20,000 nt of DNA from an uncultured virus (IMG/VR IMGVR_UViG_3300017963_000244) (lineage: Duplodnaviria > Heunggongvirae > Uroviricota > Caudoviricetes), in IMG/VR virus record IMGVR_UViG_3300017963_000244, positions 58,561-78,560 of that record; one strand, 5' to 3'. Each line of letters opens with the position of its first letter. Positions within the stretch are counted from its first letter, which is position 1. Both the position numbers and the translations under genes were made by a program. The notes below the pieces were generated by a model. That model made no database searches and had not been told where the DNA came from. It saw only the letters and a program-made list of their open reading frames with translations. Positions 14,622-20,000 of this stretch are shown one piece after another.

Positions 14622-17600
14622 ATGGCGGGCATCCAGGACAGGCCCTACGCGGGCACGTGGAAGCTCAACAACCGGACGGTGGTGAAGTACACCCCGGACG
14701 CGCTCGTGTTTATCAACGGGGACACGTCGCTGCCCGGCTGCCCGCGCTGTCGGGGACGCCTCGACATCCAGCGGTACGTCACGTCTATTGGTGTCGAGGC
14801 CGGAACCGAGCCGGGATCCCACTCCGCGAACATCAGCCTCACGCTTCCGCGGGTTCAAGGACAGCAAGTCTTCATCGACGGCTACAACATCCTCCGCGCG
14901 GGCCTTGAAGTTCACGTCTTCTTCCGCGGGTACTTCCCGGTGCGGGGGATGTTCAAGCACCTGGCCGATCCTCAGTCCGGGCGCAACGTGAACTTCCCGA
15001 ACCCGACGGACGACGACGAGCTGGATCTCTCCAAGTATGCGAGCTACCCCTACTACCCCGTGTTCCACGGGGTGGTCACGCAGGTCACCTACCAGTACGC
15101 CGACGGCTTCTACAACGGGAGCCTCAACTGCGCGTCCCTGCTCCACTTCTGGAAGTTCCAAAACGTCGTGGCGGCTGGCGCGTGGCTAGCTCAGGGCAAA
15201 CTCCCTGAGGGCGCCGAGGCACGACCCACGCTCTACGGGCACAACTTCTCGAACATGCACCCGTTCTCGATCATCTACACCCTGTATCGAGACGTGGCGG
15301 GTGCGGCGGCGGGCCTCGACTACGCTCTTGACGAGGAGTCCAACCTCGCCGCGACGACTAGTCGAAGAGGGCAGTCGCTTTATCATCAGATCTCCATCTA
15401 CTGGGAGCAGCGTTTCAAGACGAGGGTCCAGAGCCTGCGGATGTACGGGGTCAATGGAAGGCTCTTCAACGCGGCCCAGCAGGCGTGGTTCGGGAAGGCG
15501 GGAAAAGAGGAGATGGAGGGGTTCATCTCTAACCCGACGTACAACGATCCGCAGACGACACGAACCGAGCATGACCCTCTTGCTAGTCGTTTGGACGTTG
15601 CCAAGGCTCTCGGACTCCAGGACCAAGGCGCAGACTTGATCTGGTCGCCGCTCATCGGTCAAGACGGCGAACTCGCCAATCTCTCGGTCCTGGACATGTG
15701 GGCATTCAATTTCCAGCTCAGCGAGTTGGGAGTCACGAACAAGTGGGTGACGACCTACGAGACGAAGATGGACGTCGCTCAGGCGGTGATGGATGCCACG
15801 GGTTACGAGTTCTATCAGGACGTTGACGGGGACCTCGTGTTCAAGCCCCCGTTCTGGAACCTCGACACGTCGCCCAACCGCTACTACCGGCTCGAGGATC
15901 AGGACATCATCAACATCAGCTTCGTCGAGAAGGAACCACAGGCGACGTACATCATCGTGCGTGGCGTCTGGATCGCCGGCGTGTCGGATGCGACCTCCAA
16001 CAGTGGGCCGCAGCACAAGCGGGCCATGTACATCGACTACAGGCTCGTGGCGCAGTTCGGCTGGCGTCCCGCGCCGTCCGTCGATATCACCTACCAGACG
16101 GACCCGAAGGTCCTGTTCTGGATGGCGGTGGGACGTCTCGATGCGACGAACGTCGATACTTTCGGCGCATCCGTGACAATCCCGATTCGACCGGAACTAC
16201 GTCCTGGATATCCGGTCTACATACCGTTCGTCGATTCCTACTACTACATCAGCCAGATGAGTCACCAGTTCACTTTCGGGGGGCGCCCGACGACGAGTCT
16301 GGTGCTGACCTGTCGCCGACGCAAGTGGCATGCTCCGGGGATTCTGGAAGCGGCTCCCGAAGGCGAGAGCGCGATCAAGTTGATTCATCTCGATCGTCCC
16401 GACTTGCCACCTCGTCCCCTCGAGATCTTCGACAACGGGATCTCAAGGATCGCGGGGTTCCCCAACGTCGTCATGGCACTCGACCCTCGCAAGATGAACG
16501 CCAGCTTCTCACTCGTGGGGGCCGGAATCGACTACTTCGATTCCGTGGACGGCCCGGCGGATCTCCTGTTCGACCTGCTCGTGCGTGATGTGGCCGATCT
16601 CGAGGCATTTGAGACCGTGGCACCGGAGCCTGATGCGGATGGTAGGGAAACACCGACCGACCCGACGAAGCCTACGAGGCTGGGTCTGCGATACGGTCCG
16701 AAGGACGAGCTCATCGAGTTCGATTTGAAGGACCTGCAATCGGGTTTCCAGGCGTTGAAGGATGTCCGTGAAGATCTCAAGGCGACGGAGCGGCGGATCG
16801 AGGACGTGACGCTTGCCGAGATCATGGCACGATCTTCCGAAAACGCCTTCGATCCTGCTCGAGGAGGGGTAGATCCCCCCAGCACGAGCATAGATCGTCG
16901 GGATTCCCTGAGCGAACTCGATCGACTCTCCCAGGAGGAGCAGACGGCCCTTGAGAACATTCGCAAGAACCTGGGCAACAATAGGAACATACAGCTCCTT
17001 GCGCTCATTTTCGACGCCCTTCAACCTTCCGGAAACAAGGCCATCCGTCGCAGGGTCGGCGGGATTCCAGGCTCCGACGTCACGCTGTCCTACTTCGACA
17101 GCCTCACACACCTGAAGTCGCAGTACCTCGCGGGGGCACTACCAGGTCACTACCGTTACTTCTCCTGCTCGCATCCCGATCCGGAAATGCAGGGAATGCC
17201 GATCATCGAGTGGGATGACGGTGAGCGTCCTCCGTCGCGGACTCCCTCGACGGGCCAGACACGACAGAACGGACCCGGCGCCCAAACGCCCGGCACCCCC
17301 ATATCTACAGATACCAATCGCAACAGACGGCTGAGAGGAGAGGCAGCCAACCTACAGGGACGACTTGAAGAGAGTGGAATAACCTGGGTTGGCGCGGATA
17401 GTCTGTTGAGGGAACGTGATGAGGGATCGAGCACCGACGCCGAAAGCTCGGAAGAGGAGGTTCGTAATGCTTCGTTGACGAAGGATATCGCCGAGAATCT
17501 GACCAATGTTTCGGAAGCTGGCCAGGTGCTGGCTGACCGTCTAGCTGGTCGGTCGGATTTCGGCGGAAGAGGGTTGACTCTGAGTGTCGGGTCGGCGTGG

Positions 17601-20000
17601 CGCGTGAATGCCAGCGTGGAGGGTACCGGCAGAGCGAGCGCGCACCAGTACGGGGCAGCTCTTGATCTTGGACCGCGGGGACCTGGGATTCCCAGGAGGA
17701 TTCCTCCTGATCCGAAGAAGGACAAGAGCAATCTTTACGCGGCGCCCGTGGAGGACCTCGATCCCGTACTGCGGGACGGTTACAGGGCCCTGAAGGAGGA
17801 GGCCACCAAGATGTACCAGGAGGGGTTGATCAGTGGGATTGGTTTTTACGAGGAACGCAAGGATGGGAGTCGAAAACCCTTCGTTCACATCGACGTGTTC
17901 TGGGGCCCCCGTCGTCCTGGACGCTGGGCACAGGTACAGGGTGTCGAGACCTACAAAGAGAATGACAAGATCGTGCAGGACTGCAAGAGAGATCAGCCGG
18001 GAAACGTCCCGGCGTGTATCAGGGGGCAGAAACTTCTCCGAGACGAGATAGGTCCTGAGCGCTTGGACAAGGCGCTCCGCACCGCCATCGACCAGGGGGC
18101 CCCCACACGCCGTCCTCGTGGAAAACTGCCACCTTACGGGCAGTCGCTTGAACCCGGGCTGGCTGCGGCTCCTCCTCCACCGACGACTGAAGGAGGCGCA
18201 GAGGAGATCTACAAGCGTCCTACGATCAAGACCCGCGACGTGGACGCCGACGTCGCGAGACTCGTCGTCCAGTTCAAGCCGACGGTCAGTGCTCCCGACG
18301 GGGCTCACCGGGCACCCGAAGCCGAACTCACGACGGGCAAGTGCCGCAAGGGCTTGCAGATCGCCCTGGGGCCCCAGAAGGCACCTCGCGTGATCATGAC
18401 GGACCAAATCCAGACGATCTCGTTCGTTCGTCACCAGGCATCGAAGTTCACGCAGGTCGTGGGGACCTCGCAGGCGGGCCGTAGGCTCTCTTTCAATGCG
18501 ACTGGCCTCGCCCTCCAGATCGCGGCGAAGTTCGACGAGGCATCCGAACCCTTCCTCGACGACCCGAGTACGACGGTCGCCGGGGTTTTCGGAGGGGTTT
18601 ACGAGCAGATGAAGGAGGACCTAGCCTCGGTGAAGATCCCACTCTACGAGAACGGGAACGAACTCAGCGATTTCAGGATCGAACTCAGCGACTTCAGGGA
18701 CGCTGTCGTACCCCCCGATGACGTACCTCCCGACCTTGACACGGTACTGGCCGCCAGTCTCGGGGTGGCCTCACTTGATCAGGTCGAGATTCCCGACCTG
18801 CGATTCGACGAGCTGGCGACGATCCCCGGATACAAGGTCCAGGGCACGCAGAAGGACGACGGGATGTCGTACGAGAGGGCGACGAGGGCCCTCGGCACGA
18901 ACTACGCGAAGAGCATCGCCAGGGACATCGAGGCCGCGTTTCTTAAGGGCCAGACCGCCGCGATGCCTCCCAGTCCGGGGCGCCCTGGTCGCCTTCAGAA
19001 GGTGCAGAAGGCGATCAACGAGGCCACAGCCAAGGCGTTCGGCTCCGAGCAGGCCGTGGTCGCCACCCAGGAGAACACCACCGAGGAGAAGACGCCGAAG
19101 CAGGGCAAGAACGCGACGGGGGTTCACTCGCCGGTGTTCCCCGTGTCGGACGAGAAGGGCTACGAGCACTACGGGGCGTACCGCTACGGGCGCGGGCTGT
19201 CCGTCGAGCCCGGCGGCACGTTCGAGTTCATCCACAGCGGCCAGGACCCGTTCACCAACGTGACCGCCCAGACCGCCGAGGAGTTCTACCGCGTGTTCCT
19301 GCTCACGAAGACGCAGAAGACCTCCGTGGCAAGCAACATCCTCAAGGGGTCTCAGGAGGGGTTGGCGAAGATCGCGGAGTTTGTGCTCGGCCAGCGCGAG
19401 CAGCCGCTCACGAACACCCTGGGCCAGACGACCGCCGAGGGCGTCGTGGAGAGCGAGGACACGCTCCAGGAGCTCGGGGTGCAGGAGGTCGGGCTGAGCG
19501 ACCGCGACCGGGCCGAGATCGAGGGGTCCGTGCAGGGGCTCGCGGAGACCGTCACGGCGCTCGGCAAGACGGCCCGTGGACAGGACACGCTGCGCGAGCT
19601 CCTCGTCGCCAACGGCGACAATCCCAACCTGCTCAAGCAGGACTCCTTCGACATCACCGACACGCAGTTCGCCCGCAACTTCGTGAACTACGCCGTGAAC
19701 TACGGCAAGAGCGACGTGTTCAAGACCACGGCCGCCAACGCGGCCTACCAGCTCGCCGACCTCACGGGTCACCTGGTTTCCCGCGCGGGCGAGGCGTGCA
19801 CCTGCCGGGGGTCCTATGCCGACATCATGCTGGCCGCCTACACCCGTCGCAACTTCGTGGCGGTGGAGGGCATCGATCCTCGGGTGAGCCCCGCCACGGC
19901 CTTCCAGAGCGAGGAGATGCTCAAGAAGGTCGAGCAGCACGCTCTCCAGCAGCGTCGGTACCGCGGAGCGATCACCGAGGGCGCGGCCCCGGACGCGAAG
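14622..20000 (+). CDS. Very large baseplate hub-like protein (gp27/VgrG/late-control-D-like N-terminal part) with internal M15 peptidase domain; 3'-truncated
   Basis: Missing from the ORF track because it has no stop in the window. GGAGG SD, ATG 14622, and I read it open to 20000 (1793 codons): MAGIQDRPYAGTWKLNNRTVVKYTPDALVFING...YPVFHGVVTQVTY...TGYEFYQDVDGDLVFKPPFWN...VTIPIRPELRPGYPVYIPFVDSYYYISQMSHQFTFGG. These are hub-like signatures. Confidence 0.8.
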   Translation, partial: MAGIQDRPYAGTWKLNNRTVVKYTPDALVFINGDTSLPGCPRCRGRLDIQRYVTSIGVEAGTEPGSHSANISLTLPRVQGQQVFIDGYNILRAGLEVHVFFRGYFPVRGMFKHLADPQSGRNVNFPNPTDDDELDLSKYASYPYYPVFHGVVTQVTYQYADGFYNGSLNCASLLHFWKFQNVVAAGAWLAQGKLPEGAEARPTLYGHNFSNMHPFSIIYTLYRDVAGAAAGLDYALDEESNLAATTSRRGQSLYHQISIYWEQRFKTRVQSLRMYGVNGRLFNAAQQAWFGKAGKEEMEGFISNPTYNDPQTTRTEHDPLASRLDVAKALGLQDQGADLIWSPLIGQDGELANLSVLDMWAFNFQLSELGVTNKWVTTYETKMDVAQAVMDATGYEFYQDVDGDLVFKPPFWNLDTSPNRYYRLEDQDIINISFVEKEPQATYIIVRGVWIAGVSDATSNSGPQHKRAMYIDYRLVAQFGWRPAPSVDITYQTDPKVLFWMAVGRLDATNVDTFGASVTIPIRPELRPGYPVYIPFVDSYYYISQMSHQFTFGGRPTTSLVLTCRRRKWHAPGILEAAPEGESAIKLIHLDRPDLPPRPLEIFDNGISRIAGFPNVVMALDPRKMNASFSLVGAGIDYFDSVDGPADLLFDLLVRDVADLEAFETVAPEPDADGRETPTDPTKPTRLGLRYGPKDELIEFDLKDLQSGFQALKDVREDLKATERRIEDVTLAEIMARSSENAFDPARGGVDPPSTSIDRRDSLSELDRLSQEEQTALENIRKNLGNNRNIQLLALIFDALQPSGNKAIRRRVGGIPGSDVTLSYFDSLTHLKSQYLAGALPGHYRYFSCSHPDPEMQGMPIIEWDDGERPPSRTPSTGQTRQNGPGAQTPGTPISTDTNRNRRLRGEAANLQGRLEESGITWVGADSLLRERDEGSSTDAESSEEEVRNASLTKDIAENLTNVSEAGQVLADRLAGRSDFGGRGLTLSVGSAWRVNASVEGTGRASAHQYGAALDLGPRGPGIPRRIPPDPKKDKSNLYAAPVEDLDPVLRDGYRALKEEATKMYQEGLISGIGFYEERKDGSRKPFVHIDVFWGPRRPGRWAQVQGVETYKENDKIVQDCKRDQPGNVPACIRGQKLLRDEIGPERLDKALRTAIDQGAPTRRPRGKLPPYGQSLEPGLAAAPPPPTTEGGAEEIYKRPTIKTRDVDADVARLVVQFKPTVSAPDGAHRAPEAELTTGKCRKGLQIALGPQKAPRVIMTDQIQTISFVRHQASKFTQVVGTSQAGRRLSFNATGLALQIAAKFDEASEPFLDDPSTTVAGVFGGVYEQMKEDLASVKIPLYENGNELSDFRIELSDFRDAVVPPDDVPPDLDTVLAASLGVASLDQVEIPDLRFDELATIPGYKVQGTQKDDGMSYERATRALGTNYAKSIARDIEAAFLKGQTAAMPPSPGRPGRLQKVQKAINEATAKAFGSEQAVVATQENTTEEKTPKQGKNATGVHSPVFPVSDEKGYEHYGAYRYGRGLSVEPGGTFEFIHSGQDPFTNVTAQTAEEFYRVFLLTKTQKTSVASNILKGSQEGLAKIAEFVLGQREQPLTNTLGQTTAEGVVESEDTLQELGVQEVGLSDRDRAEIEGSVQGLAETVTALGKTARGQDTLRELLVANGDNPNLLKQDSFDITDTQFARNFVNYAVNYGKSDVFKTTAANAAYQLADLTGHLVSRAGEACTCRGSYADIMLAAYTRRNFVAVEGIDPRVSPATAFQSEEMLKKVEQHALQQRRYRGAITEGAAPDAK
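17580..17900 (+). other. Peptidase M15 (LAS-type Zn metallopeptidase, M15_3/YcbK-like) domain within the hub protein
   Basis: In-frame translation LSVGSAWR...SAHQYGAALD (H 17643, D 17664, i.e. H-x6-D)...GLISGIGFY...PFVHIDV (H 17886) matches SGYR...SxHxxGxAxD...GxGxY...FVHID. Confidence 0.75.
18659..18700 (+). repeat. 21-bp in-frame tandem duplication (ELSDFRI/ELSDFRD)
   Basis: CGAACTCAGCGATTTCAGGAT followed by CGAACTCAGCGACTTCAGGGA. Confidence 0.8.

Noticed and set aside
14645..19940. Many short track ORFs suggesting a fragmented or pseudogenised region
   Set aside because: All are explained by one uninterrupted + strand ORF from 14622 that runs off the window.
1..20000. Genome-wide TAG reassignment (genetic code 15)
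   Set aside because: Long genes contain no internal TAGs; TAG occurs only at plausible gene ends, mostly followed by a start with an SD.

Overview
High-GC window from the tail-morphogenesis region of a large contractile-tailed (myovirus-type) phage or prophage. All credible genes are on the + strand. The order is: tail sheath (5'-truncated), a 3-gene inserted cassette, tail tube, ~280 bp of structured non-coding DNA, two putative tail-assembly chaperones, tape-measure protein, two paralogous tube-initiator/baseplate proteins, and a >1790-aa baseplate-hub-like protein (3'-truncated, absent from the ORF track) with an internal M15-type Zn peptidase domain. The most unusual element is the cassette between sheath and tube. 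It encodes (i) an 865-aa HTH/multi-zinc-finger/Vsr-EDxHD-like nuclease/SPPY amino-methyltransferase fusion whose ribosome-binding site lies in a hairpin, (ii) an atypical pyruvoyl SpeD/AdoMet-decarboxylase-like gene and (iii) a small coupled ORF. Together these are a candidate mobile DNA-modification/SAM-metabolism module. A ~175-nt rod-shaped RNA candidate between tube and chaperone and several in-frame stop-separated gene junctions also merit checking. All assignments come from motifs and synteny read by eye; no searches were run. No capsid genes are in the window, so a phage-derived contractile injection system cannot be formally excluded.
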